From: Amoeboaphelidium protococcarum X5
Lineage: Eukaryota; Fungi; Aphelidiomycota
Assembly (NCBI GenBank): GCA_023515725.1
Contig: JALDTO010000235.1
Coordinates: 356,371-420,370, forward strand
Direction of reading: 5' to 3'
Length of the DNA stretch: 64,000 bases
Shown here: positions 13,776 through 26,453 of the stretch, in pieces
Numbering within the stretch: the first letter of the stretch is position 1
How the letters are laid out: every line of letters starts with the position of its first letter
The notes under the pieces: model-generated
What the model saw: the letters and a program-made list of their open reading frames with translations, nothing else
Databases searched by the model: none
What the model was told of the DNA's origin: nothing
Program-made: the position numbers and the translations under genes

Positions 13776-15181
13776 ATGGTCAAAAGACGTAGAAGTAAGC
13801 CGATATTCAACTCTATAATGTATTTAAATTTCACCTTGTGTAGGCTCCGTAACTCCTTCGTGGACTAGATTTTTTGCTCTCTAGAAATAGAAAGAAGCAT
13901 CTTAGAATGGGACTGGTAGATTGACGGAGCGCCAGTAACTTGCCCTCTTGAAGAACTAGGAAAATATACCTCTGGCCAATAGCGATTTGTTGTAAGTTAC
14001 TGATGGTAAACTAAAGAAGCCAACCAAGAAAAGAAAGCTCTCTGTCATGTCTGAGGCGGTGATTCCCAAATAACATTCTGAAATCGGTTTGAGTTTCTAA
14101 ACTTCGCCCAATAAGGCTTTGGCTGAACGTACGGTATTCTCATCTTCTCCGCTGTCAGATACTAGCTCTAAATTGGAATTGTCTGACAGAGCTGATGACG
14201 AAATTGTATAGACATTAACTTTAGATTATGCGCCTAATTAGGAAGCCGAGGAGGTTCTTGTTTCAGAATAAGTTTTGAAACGCGCCGCTTCTCCATAGAA
14301 AGAGAATCTGGTGATTAGATCCTCAGTGCAAGATGTATCTCTGCCGCCTCGTGTATAGTAAGTCTAATAACTTTGGCCTGGTCAATCTTAGGTACACAGT
14401 TCATTATTGAAGTAGCTGAATGGTCAAGCGGACAAGTTTTTGTTTCAGTTTGATAAGCCCACCTTCAAGCTATGCATTGATCCATCTATATTTGGCAATT
14501 TATTGAGCGATCGCACCCCGGACTATTTTGATAAATTAGATTCTCAGATGCAGTTGTTGAATAAAGTTTTGCAAGACTTTAAAATGGAATGTGTTTAGAA
14601 GACCAGGAGAGTTTTGCTTCAGATTCAGTGTGAATGGTAGTCTGTTGTTTCGCAGTTTGATGGTAATTGTGCAGCAAATTCGCGATTTGAAACTGTACTT
14701 CGCGTGAAAACCAGTCGATTGATATTATAAAGATATAATGATATTAGGAAAATTGTCGTAAGTTTTTTTGTAATCATTTATAAATCTACAAGATCTATTA
14801 ATTATTTTGTAGGATGATCTGATGGAAGATTTAGCCTTGAAGCTGGATATGTTATTAGATGGCCTGATCCTTACAATGTACTCGCTTATTACTTTTGAAT
14901 GCCGTGAATTCAACGAATAAATTATCAATTTGGAGCAGGAAGCAGTTTCAGGTCGATATAACACGGTTAGCATAATTCCCAGTGGCGAACGGTTGCTGGA
15001 CAAGTGGGCTAGATTCGCCACCAAGATTGAACTCACTGACGGTACTACAGTCTATGAATTAAGTGTTGTATAAGTCTTGATAGCCGCTGTGCATCCACGT
15101 TGCAAGACATTGTCAGAGCTGGTTGAGTACATTCTAAAACAGGTTCGACCCAATCTTGGATTTCTATGTTAGATTGTCTGA
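13776..15181 (+). CDS. Hypothetical protein with two probable introns (about 13795-13843 and 14758-14812); 3' end uncertain
   Basis: Long table-6 frames joined by GTAAG..TAG introns; basic stretches KRRR and KKRK. No recognised domain. Confidence 0.55.
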
Positions 15182-15349
15182 TTAACTCAATTGGGAGAAT
15201 ATTAATTCAAGTTTACTCATGTTAGCAGTTGCAGTTGTTGTTTATGTGATTTTATTATTGATTAAAGTATTATTGTTTTGAATTTATAATGTTAACTTGT
15301 TGTGCATTTTAACACGCTTCATCTCCATTGTTAGTTTCAGGGGCTGAAA

Positions 15350-17374
15350 ATGCTCCTATCATTCATGCTCGCTGTACCTGCTGTCTTTCATCTCTTTACA
15401 AAAATTGATTGCACTCAAATGATACCATCAATAATGGTGGTGATCTACTTATTCTGGTTCACGCTTACTAGCGCGTTTGATATATACAAAAATATCCGAT
15501 TAGACGTGGTGCCCGAAGATTAACATCTCATCGAATCTTTGCGTGATGCTCCGGTTAATGAATAAAATCAAGTACATTAGATGTAAATGATAATAGAGCA
15601 TGCAGATATGGACGCCTATTTTAAATATCTATAGAATGAGCGTATTCGGAGGCTATATCCCACACTGTCACCTCTGAAAACGGATAATGTGGCATGGCTC
15701 GTCGGCCCGGTGGAAGATCAGCTCTCCACATCTGGATCTGCAATGTCCGTGTCTTTTTGCTACAAACCATCGATAAACCGATTATATTCATGGAGTGGCA
15801 GGTAAACATCGCTCCGGGACACTGTCAAGATTTCGCTTATAGATATCAATGGTAGTAGGAAGTAAAAAGTGCTCAGAGTGTGGAATCGAGGCGAAGTGGT
15901 TGAGAATCTCGCTGATAGACTGACTAAGCGCGCTTATGGCACAAAAATAATCCCTTATAACATGAAAGGTCCTGAGCATTATAAAACTCATGGTCCTAGT
16001 ATTCCTATAGATATTTAGCTGCTCAGAGATGATCTTCTATTCACTCCTCATGATTTGCATCTGCGACCATAGTAGCAAGATCGGTAGCTGGCTGCTATAC
16101 TCGAATAGTAGTAGTAGTACTAATCGTAAACTACTTCTAGTTCAAAGTTTAGCTTCAAGCGAAAATCATAGAAAATTGATAGCGGCGGAATCGATAAATA
16201 ATCAAATGATGACGAGAATCTAATCCTCTGCTTCAAAAGCGTGGTAGTTATGCCGTAAAGTTATACTTCCAGTAGGGTATAGATGGTTGTGTCGATCAAC
16301 GACTAAGAATTTGGTTATTCACCTGATTTCGTACTGATTCCCAAGTTTTTCTATGGTGCCTCATTCTTCTCCTAGCTGAGCTAGAATGAAGATGAAGATA
16401 AGGGTGAATTCGTTGATGTTAAATAGAAAACTGATGGCTCGGCGATGATCAACTTGATTACTCCACATTTGAGCAATGGTGTCCTTCGACTAGAATCTCG
16501 GCAGTAGTATCAGCTCATAGTGGAGATGATATTCCCTAATAACAAGTTAAGTGCTGACTATAATCCTTAAATTGAGTAGGCAGAAGAATTTGAATACCAG
16601 TTTATTACTATGTAGATGTACCTGATGGATGATTATTAGTCTCACATGAACGCCCCACTGGATTAGTACCAAATTGTGAATTATGATTTGAATTCAGACG
16701 AAGGTCTTGGGGGAGTTTACGCGTATGATACTCCACAAGAGTGGACTGCAGGCAATTCTTAGACTTCATAGCAGCAACTTGGTGCCCAGGTTATCAAGGT
16801 TGTGAGGAATGAGAAAGCTACACTAGTGGTTGCTACGGTATAACTGGAAGTGTCTCCGCTCTGGGCTGATTAGCACAGTTTGAAAATTAAAATGTCGCTT
16901 GCAAATTACCAGACAGTTTAGTTGTTGTCCAGGGATGTTAGTTTCCGGATGAAGGTTAAGCCGCATCCAGTCGATGAAGATATGCCCTTCCTTCTAATGG
17001 GCGAGGAAGAACGTGATGGTATCGTTGAAGTTACCGCTCCTCAGCGGGTTGCTCTGTTGGCTATCCAAGGACACCACATTGCTCACAAATTCCACACCAT
17101 AGGTAGATTTATGGCTATTGTGTACACGTTCTAGTTCTGTGAGTAGGCTGATTATTCTCTGAATGGACCATGGCGGTTGCCCGATACTGATGTCTAGTTT
17201 ATACTCAAGAATAGTGAGGGTGACATGTAGACGAACTTTTACGGTATTGCACCCCACCATGAGTAATGTTCGCAGTCTTGCTATTGCACCTACGTTATTA
17301 ACGATTATCCGTCTATTGACAGTGATTTCGTTCCTAATCTCTATTCGCAAACTGTTGAATTTGTGCTGGAATGA
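15350..17374 (+). CDS. Uncharacterised, probably secreted protein (alternative start 15419)
   Basis: 675-codon table-6 ORF with no TGA. Hydrophobic N-terminus MIPSIMVVIYLFWFTLTSA. Confidence 0.75.
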
Positions 17375-17480
17375 TCTTGGTGTGTATTTTGCTGTTGGTA
17401 GTAGATTGTGGCACTGAAAAACATTTGAACAGTTAATAGACTAAATTTTATAGAAAATCATTATTCTTATCTTTTTAGAA

Positions 17481-19238
17481 TCAATCATTACTTTTGATAG
17501 TAGTACTCTTATTATCAGGTTCTTCGAGGAATCGCTCGACATATTTCCATCTATTCCGTAGTGTTTGGTATACTTAAATCTTGGACTCATCATTGTCCAC
17601 CATAGATTTCATGTGCTCCACTTCATAATCCGGATTATCAGGACTAAAAAACATGCTTAGTAGAGACTTATTTCTCCGCTTGTTGATCTCCCGGGTTTGT
17701 CGGATATTGTTCAAAATGCTATCCAGTGCATTGACACTTTGCTAAGGGCGTCTCATAGAATGATCTCTATCGCTTTCAACCACATTCTGCTATTATTACT
17801 GCTACTGATTCACTTGAGCCAAACAAAAGTCGTACAACACCTTGGCATCTTTATACAATTGATCTGATCCCCGATCCTGATCATCAGTCTGGCCGCCACC
17901 CATTTCATATACATTTAATAACTACTCTAGATACCAAGCAGCAGTGTCTATATTTTTGTCGATCGAATTCATACCATTGCTTGAGGATAGTAAAGTTCTA
18001 CCACCACCGCCGCCACTATTTACACCTTCAATGTACAGACTGGCAAGATTGAAGTACGCCAAAACGTTATGAGGGTCAATAGAGATGGACAAGTCCCAAA
18101 ACTATTTGGCCATTGCATAATTAGGACCACCATTGACTTCATTATGTCTTCTTGTTGTGGCTAATCCCAGAAAGTAGCAATTGCCTAGATTAAGCAGCGC
18201 TCTACTCACAATCATCTGTTCATCCTCCCACAGATTAGCACTTAATTGATACGATTTCGCAGCGTCTGACCACAGCTAAATAGCTCGCCTTATGCTCTTA
18301 TCTAGTCCGCCTTATCCACCCGTAGCATACATATTACCCAGATTTACCATACAAGCTATATCCTATTATTACACGCCATTCTAGAGGCATTCAAATGCAT
18401 CAGCAGATCGGCCATTCTTCAGATAATAAAATGCCAGATCATTATACGCCCGGTAAACTTTAAGATCAAGAGCTTTATGAAGATATTACACGGCCTTGCT
18501 ATCATCATATTGAAATGAATTGCCATCACTATCATGGTTTGATCTACCCAGGTACAGCGTACCCAAGAGATATGTGGCATGTGGATGTTCCTAATCGCTA
18601 GCCATAGTCAATAACTCGTAAGCAAGAGGTTAATTTTACATTATAGATTATCCACTACCATAATATATACCGTTTGTACGACGTTATAACAAAACAGATG
18701 CGATATTGTACATTGCATTTCGCTCCTTCCACAAAAGACCACATTCCCATAATGCGAATGCCATCTATTGATAAAAGTTACGACGATGATTACCTTGTTA
18801 TATAAGCTGAGCATAGAAATGATTACCCAGTAAGGTGATGTATTTCATATGGTCCTTCTAAGACTTTAACTGAGCATAGAGAGTATCAGGAATCAATTAT
18901 CTGATAGCAGAGTGATAACTATTAAAATCTGTTAATCCCAAAATCTAATCGCTACATAAAATAGGAGTATAATCAGCTTAGACAATATCCTTTACAATTT
19001 GACGCGTCTAATCTATATTGAATGGGATATCTTCTTATTATGAGGCATGGAACTGATTAATCACACTATCATGTTACTCCAACGCATCATTATGGCTTTC
19101 CATACCAGAGATCTAGTTCCCATCTTTGTCGAGCTATGCAATTTATGAACTAAACGCTTTAGCGCATTTGTATTACTAGTATAACGTTGACTTTAACGTT
19201 TAATAAGTAGCAAGTCTATGACGCGAATACTTTAACAT
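17481..19238 (-). CDS. Sel1-like repeat protein, probably mitochondrial
   Basis: 586 codons. SEL1 repeats ATYLLGTLYLG..KAVQYL, CMVNLGNMYATG, ALLNLGNCYFLG, AYFNLASLYIEG. Basic N-terminus. Confidence 0.82.
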
Positions 19239-19333
19239 TATCAGTGATATTCGCTGTAAATTCACTGTAGTTGAAAGTCAGTCAAAAAAATACAAAACTT
19301 CAAATTCGAATTATTTTGTAGATAACATCAAAA

Positions 19334-20701
19334 TCATTTAGTATTAGTTATTGAAGTTTCATCCATCTGCTGGGTATTTTATACTAAATCAGTGGGCGAT
19401 ACTTGATGGTATTACTGATAGCCTAGCAAGTATTATAAATCTATCCAACCGAGCGTGTCAAGATAGTGAACACTCTCAAATAGGACTTCAACTGCAATCA
19501 GTGCAATAATAATAATCTCCATCCTTACACCGTGCTTGACATTAAGATCATCTTGCATAAGAGATATAAGGGATGAAGCGTGGTCCAATCGCTGATTAAG
19601 AATCCGAATCCTGGGACTAATATCCAATATTCTGCTAATCTACTCGATATGCTTGGCCAAATCTGGGCGAGACCAATAGAAATCGGGAGAATTGTCAACC
19701 AGTTCAGAGTGTAGATTCAGGAGTCCCCTCAAATATAAAAGCTATCCATGCTGAGTAATAATCTGGCGCGATCTCAATTTCGGTCGCATGCCCTTCATCA
19801 TCTACTTGGGTATCTCTTCAATACGTTCCAAGTACATTGACAAGTGATTCTCCAGGACACCCAGCTGAACTGATTTAGCCAATCCATGAGAGAATGCCAG
19901 CTTTGCGTAAAAATTATCAAGAGGCGGTTGCAGATGGCTCAACACCACATCCTCCCCTACTAGCATATTACCTTTGTCTTTTACCGGTATCGACTGTGAT
20001 GAGTTATAGTGGTGATGATGATGTTATTGGTGGTGCGGATACTACAGCTAGGACGCGTTATGTTGATTAGACTAGTTATGGCTAGAGGCAGAGTAAGCAT
20101 TGTCATACAGAGCGTCTGTGGTGTATTTGAATTTCAATTCTTCAGAATCGCGCAGGTCTTGATCAAAGGATTCCACTTCGCAGGCTTTAAGCATGGATAG
20201 CAACTAGGTATCCTAAGTCTTCTAAGTGTTCCATGATACCAGACAGCCATCGCCCAGGATAAAAGATTCAGCAGCGTCATCATTAAACCTCACATGAACA
20301 TAATCATAACCATTCAAATCTTTAGTGATGTGCTTATTATCAAATCGCGGCTTTAGCAATTCCACCACCTTTTCCAAATTATACTGTCGCGCAACGCAAT
20401 AAGCTCTAAATGGTTGCGCCTCTGTATACTTTGACTATTACTATTATTACTACCACTATTATTATTATTATTAAGGATGGTGAGGATGTGATAGAGATTA
20501 CTAAGACTCTGGTAGATTATGATTCTGAGGATCAGCCAAAGCTCTCCGCATCGCAACCTTTGGCACTTTTAATCGCGCTATATCCTATACTTTACTCGGT
20601 GCCTATTACGACAGATACCTTTATCCTAATTTTTAATACTAACTCTAGACCGTCCATACTTAGGGACGAACCGCTTTACTTAGGACCAGATTTTTCATCA
20701 T
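19334..20701 (-). CDS. RMD1/RMND1 (DUF155) family protein, mitochondrial type
   Basis: 456 codons. AYCVARQYNL, KLAFSHGLAKSVQL, SPDFYWSRP and LDISPRIRILNQRLD..MEIIIIALIAVE. Confidence 0.9.
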
Positions 20702-20845
20702 CTTTTCTTTTTTACAGCTTTTCCCAAATTCCAAAGGGTTAAAGTGATTCTCCATCGTTCTCCTATCCTTCGTTCTTCTTTCTATCTTTTAACTTTGGCC
20801 ATCTATATAGAACTAGATTTATTTATTATAACCTAAAATAATAAT

Positions 20846-21244
20846 ATGTTGAGATAGATTCTAAGCAAGCGATTGATATCGCAGTCATTAATTAAGAGAG
20901 GCGGTGGTGGTGGACATCATTACAAAGGATACAATGAACCGGGAGGACACTTTCTAGATATTCCTGTAAGTATGTATACCATAGGCATTGTTCGCTGATG
21001 ATTAATCTAAATTTAACATTATTATATATATATGAGCGTGTAGCCAACACCAGCAGGATATAGGAGAAAGAAGCTCTGGTTCGAGAATATGTATGTGTAT
21101 GGGTTTGGCAGTACGTGGCTGGCGTTCTTTGTCTTTTATTACTACAAGCCTGAGCCTGAGATTGAGTCGTGGGCGCGGTATGAGGCGATGCTGCGTGCGA
21201 AGGAGCGCGATGAGAATTGGAGCACTGAAGGCAAGCCATATTGA
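20846..21244 (+). CDS. NDUFB11: NADH:ubiquinone oxidoreductase ESSS subunit (NDUFB11), intron 20966-21043
   Basis: 107 codons after splicing. Presequence, NEPGGHFL, WFENMYVYGF, one TM helix, KPEPEIESWARYEA. Confidence 0.88.
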
Positions 21245-21390
21245 GCATTGTTAATTGACATTCTCTCTCTACTATTACTGTTCTTCAATACATTGAATTA
21301 AATAACTACTGTCAGACTATACTTTAGCTGCTTTATTATTTAGAGTTTTAGTAACATTAAATTTATTGTACAGGGCTTAACATTAACAAA

Positions 21391-23949
21391 TCAGTAATTC
21401 TCTTTGGCCACTTTTGGTAGAGGCTAACCTTTTTGATGGGGTACGCCGAAGTGGATAATTCTATCACCACTCATAGACACAGGATTGGAGGAACGTCCAA
21501 TGACCATGGCATCACACGGTGCATGGTACTCTTCTTGTACGTTGCCAAAGATGTCCTTGATCCAGGCGACTAGCATTCCCTTCTACACGAAGGAGTTTAC
21601 AGAGGGAAACACTTCAAGCACTCCGCCAGTGGTGGTGTATGTCCAGAATCCATGATTACATACTATGGGTGGTAGTGGCTACTCTTCATTTATGATTAGA
21701 GCATTCGGATCGTACGGTGCAATTAGAGATCTCAACTGACTCGGATCCATAGTGTCTCTTGTGGAAATATCTTCCAATTTCTTCTTCGATTCCACTATAG
21801 ACAGAGTATCCTCAATATCAGCAGCGTAGTACATACCTAAATGTTCCAGAGTATTCAATAAGCCTTAGAAGCTCCACATTATGAATTGATTCTAAAATTG
21901 TTATGGATTCCCAATTTCCACAGTGACACTCTTTATGCCGCGCGTAGACGCTGCAGACCTCATGGTACCATCCTGGCCACTGTTGTGCAATATTATCTGA
22001 GGTTATTACAACTTGGCCAACTTTGCAGTTACAGGATCATTCATATCAGCCCTGACATAGTATGAATTCACACGCCCAAAAGACGCAGTGTGTAAATCGA
22101 TCAAGTAATTAAAGTGAGCAATCAGCTTGGTCATTATAATGTGTGCATAAGCCTGACTGGCAGTCCCGCCTAACTTACCGGGAAATAGTCTATTCAAATC
22201 CTTGCCATCACTAAACTCCCGCTGAAAGTTCAAATATCCCGGGACATTCAGCACAGGAATGGCTACCACGGTCCCAGTCAACTTGGTAACATCTAAATCG
22301 GCAAACAGTTTATGAATGCAGCTCACACCATTAATTTCATTTCCATGCAATGCTGCAGTTATTCCGACTATAATATCAGCGGGATCTGGCTAAGGCGTGG
22401 ATGATTACTGTTATTATACTCCAGGTGGGGCGCCATTCATATCATTCTATGGCCTACTCTGGGCACTTCCTCTCGCAACAATGATGGGAATTTTGAGCCA
22501 GTCAGAAAGTCCCTGCTTCATCACCTTAATCCACGCTGTTGATATTTAGCCTATCGGAAAATCTTCAACGTTGAACGATTCCTTCTCCATGGTGATGGAA
22601 GACTTTATATCTCCGTTCCCGTACACAAGCCAATCCGGAGGAGTATATAGCTGATGTGGTGGAAATTAAAATATTTAGCTTTATCTAGACACGCCAGACT
22701 TGGCACCTGGCGTCTCTGCTAACAATATACCATGCATTGAAACGGAGCGATGTCTACCGGGAACCTGTGACAAGTTCATCGAATCAGCCAATTCATCTGG
22801 CATGGCCCAAAAGCATTTATCATCCTGAACCTCAACTCCACCTTGTGCATTGTCAGTTGAGGATACTTTAACAATAGCAGGAGTCTAAACTTGAATCACA
22901 CCTTCGTTCTTCCAAGCCATTTCTGGGGCCACGTCAACCATACTTCCTTGACGCGATACCACGGCAGATCCTTTCAATGACAATCGAGGTGTTCCAGTTT
23001 AAGATGAATGCTATTGGCCTCTAACATCATGCAATTGAGTCAACAGTATCTTGGGTTCAACGTATCGTTACTATTCATCCGCATCATCGTTATCCTCCTG
23101 GCTAGAGTCATTATCTATACCACCGCTTCTTGGTGCCGGCTTCGGTTTACCAGTTTACGGATCAATAACACCCACAATGGCTCTCAAATGTTTAGGCGCA
23201 GCAGATTCTCCTCGATCCAAGATCAAAGTCTCACCCGCTCTGAGCCAAGCACCAGAAAATGAAGATGATTGACTCAATTTATCACCAGACTGACGAACAG
23301 ACTTGTCTCCCTCCATAAGCACTTTCACAACACCCTCAATACAGTACACTGCACATTGACTTCCAAGAATAAGCCTTCTGAAATCCTACTCAATATCAAT
23401 AATCTCCACATTGACATCCGCCTTGAAGCTATCATTTTTGGTCATAATGGTGATATCACGTAACGGCCTGGATGGAATGGCGCTGAGAGCAACGTCAGCC
23501 GAGAAGGTAAATGGCGTCAGTTGCTGAATAACTTCGCTCTTACTAGCACCACCTTGAACTGGAATTTCAACTTTAATAGATGCTTATCTCTTTTTCTATA
23601 CATTCATCAGCTATTGTTATGAAGTAGCATCACCACTTTACGCGGCCGGCGATAGTTATGATAATGATGATTGTAACAAGGTACCATCCAAAGATACAGC
23701 GTCAGAATGAGAGGAAGGCAGCACAATAATAGTATTGGTATACCCAGGGAATTGAGAAAAGTTACAAGGTGAATTAATCTCAGCACTACTCAATCTCCAC
23801 AAAAATTAATCACTAGGGAAACTGGCACTCTCCGGATGAATGCAAATCTGATACGTTATCCCACAGCCATTCTTCCACGGCATGCGGACATACTCGGGAG
23901 GCTTCTTATGGATCGTTCTATGCACCTCACTAAGACTTAATTTCTCCAT
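21391..23949 (-). CDS. HutD/Ves-like domain fused to a succinylglutamate desuccinylase/aspartoacylase (M14) domain
   Basis: 853 codons. N-terminal [32 protein letters not shown]-terminal Zn-site motifs [18 protein letters not shown] and TVEIG. Confidence 0.88.
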
Positions 23950-24254
23950 ACTTCAGTTATTTTATAGTTTATTACGATAATATGATAAATTAATCACAGA
24001 GAATCTTTCCCGTATAAAGTACACTCTTAGAACGCTGTATAATTATTGCCCAACTGATGGTGTCAGAGCAAAGACAAATCGTTTTGAATGAGAAAGCGAC
24101 GCGAGATTCTTGAGCTGAGATTGTGTGAAACAACTTCTACCACGATTTTGTGATGCACTGTGTAAGGTGTAATCTGACATCGGAAAATAAGAAAGCTCGA
24201 TACTGTTGGAATATTGAATACATTCATTCATAAAGTTCACCAGCGTATCTCTCA

Positions 24255-24447
24255 TCATTACTATAGCAGCGACTAAAACACACCGAGATTCCTACAATCG
24301 TGTCATTTCTGGCGCGGATTTGGCGGGTATTACATCAGGAAGTAAGAATGAATCGATATTTAATACATTCATCAAGTTCACCCATTTATCTCACATCATT
24401 GCTTTAGCAGCGACTAAAATACCCCCAGATTTCTGCCATCGTGCCAT
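24255..24447. repeat. Degenerate direct duplication of a 52-bp gene 3' end (24255-24306 vs 24396-24447)
   Basis: 43 of 52 bases identical; the two copies translate HDCRNLGVFQSLLQQ* and HDGRNLGVFQSLLKQ* on the minus strand. Confidence 0.85.
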
Positions 24448-24870
24448 GCCTTGGCGGAGGTGGCGCCATTCTCGTCATCATCCTCTTCCTCCAGATCTTT
24501 CGAGTAGAGATCCAGAGGATGGACGTAATTCATGTCAGAGGCTTAGGCAGCCACCTCCGCGTCATCAAAGGAATTGTCAACGAATTTGACAAATTTCAAA
24601 CAACTGCGATACTCTTGAGTCAACTCAGCCTCGTCAATCTTGAAAGTCTTCTCCTTCAATCTCATGGCAATCTACATAGCGATTATATATATCATCACCA
24701 TACTACAATCACAAAATAATTAAGCTTACCAAAGTGCACACAGCAGTCAAAAACTAATAATCAATGTCTGGTTGTTTGATACTCAATTATGAAGCCACAA
24801 AGCAGACCGCTTAACTCCAAACTGAGAACTTGACTACAAATTACTCTTCATGCTACATTATTGTAATCAT
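24396..24870 (-). CDS. Small hypothetical protein (intron 24672-24729; start uncertain)
   Basis: Two table-6 frames joined by a 58-nt GTAAG..TAG intron; acidic C-terminal patch. Confidence 0.5.
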
Positions 24871-25191
24871 TTGAATTAACCTTTTAACTGTCACCGTGCA
24901 GTGGGGCCTAACTTAACTTTGGTACAACACTTTACGCGTCTATACCTTCAATCAACTTTCTCAATCTTATGAAACTGTTTCAAGGGGAACAAATGATGAC
25001 GAAGTAGACACTATGGTAATAACTCACGCAAATCACACCAATATTTTCACATTAGCTGAGTAAAGGAGAAGCGAGATATCAGCTTTAGCCTTTTTATATT
25101 AGTCATAACTCATTTCTCATTATCGTCGCATCACACCACATTACTTGTTGTACACGTATGGTCGTCCGAGTCATCGCATAAGAGTTGTGTC

Positions 25192-25740
25192 TAGGGATCT
25201 CCCTACTTCGTATATGTATAAAGTACACGTATAAATCTAAACGTATATATACGTATACAAAATTGCGGCTTATACGAGTTCTATATATACGGACGTTGCA
25301 CGTTGTAATCGCGCGCTGTAGATCATGAATGAACGGTCGTTTCACTTCTTCTTTATGGCAGCGGAAGTTGTATGAGTTGAAGCAGAAGATGCAGCAGGCG
25401 GAGAACAAATGAGATTAGAAACCTCAGTAGCCGCGGCTCATGGTGTTATAACATCATAGTACGCATCTGAGTAAACCTCGTAATACTCGTTTCAATTGCA
25501 AGCTTGCTATGACTGATACAACTTTCGTGATTAGCGACTATTTGGAGAAGCTCGTCAATGGGCATTGTACATGGATAATTGAAAAATTACTCTGTGATGT
25601 TCATATTTAAGCAGTAATAGTGAAGTGAATTAAAGCTGAATATCTAAATTACATTTTATCTTCATATACATATACAATATACTGCATATACCGTATAATA
25701 CGTATATGATTTTCCAATATACGTGTTTGGGAGAACCCTA
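25192..25740. mobile_element. Non-autonomous hAT-type element (MITE), 549 bp
   Basis: Imperfect TIRs TAGGGATCTCCCTACTTCGTATAT / ATATACGTGTTTGGGAGAACCCTA. Exact 8-bp TSD GTTGTGTC at 25184-25191 and 25741-25748. Subterminal CGTATA repeats at both ends. Confidence 0.9.
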
Positions 25741-26453
25741 GTTGTGTCAATGTTGCAGTTTCCAAAGTTCAGAACACGCAAGCTTTTGCCTCAAATGGAC
25801 TTACGACAATAAAATTTCAGTCTTACTCTGTTGTAAGATAGAAGGTCAACTCTATTAATTAGTGACACCTGTATTTGATGCATCAAACTAGCGCAATTCA
25901 AAAGGGATACATATCTCCGTATTTATATATTCATACTGTCCTCATGTAGACTGATTGCCGTAATTGTCTTAACCATAGCATCAGAAAGTTTGCAGTCATA
26001 AAACTCTTAAAGAAAAAATGAATACAAGCTACCTACTGAAGAACTGAGGTGGACATGAGTAGGGTGGTGCTGATCAACTCATGTCCAGTTCAAGGCAAGG
26101 TACAAACAACGCGAAAACTTGTCGTGACTCGTTTCAACTGCTTCATTTGGATAAGATTTATAGATCATTAGTCCATCAGACTGAATTTTTTCATTTAAAT
26201 TCCTAGCTCACTTTAGTTTCAACCTATTTTATTCCGAACAAATTCAGAGCAAGTGCACATGAAACGGTTGCTATGGTTCGCCAGGCCGGATCGAAAGATA
26301 GCCATGGCAACCAGCAAAAATGCCGACAATCAATAGCAAACATACCATAGACAAATGTCGGAATTCAATTCTTAAGTTCTCTTCTACCTTCCTAATATTT
26401 TGCACCAACACATTCGTTCTACTTAGTGATTCTCCGATATATTGACTCTTGAA

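Noticed and set aside
20892-21248. 118-aa minus-strand ORF in the provided track
   Set aside because: Antisense to the spliced NDUFB11 gene.
24993-25059. ATGATGA..CTGA candidate C/D snoRNA
   Set aside because: No terminal stem and no recognisable rRNA or snRNA complement.
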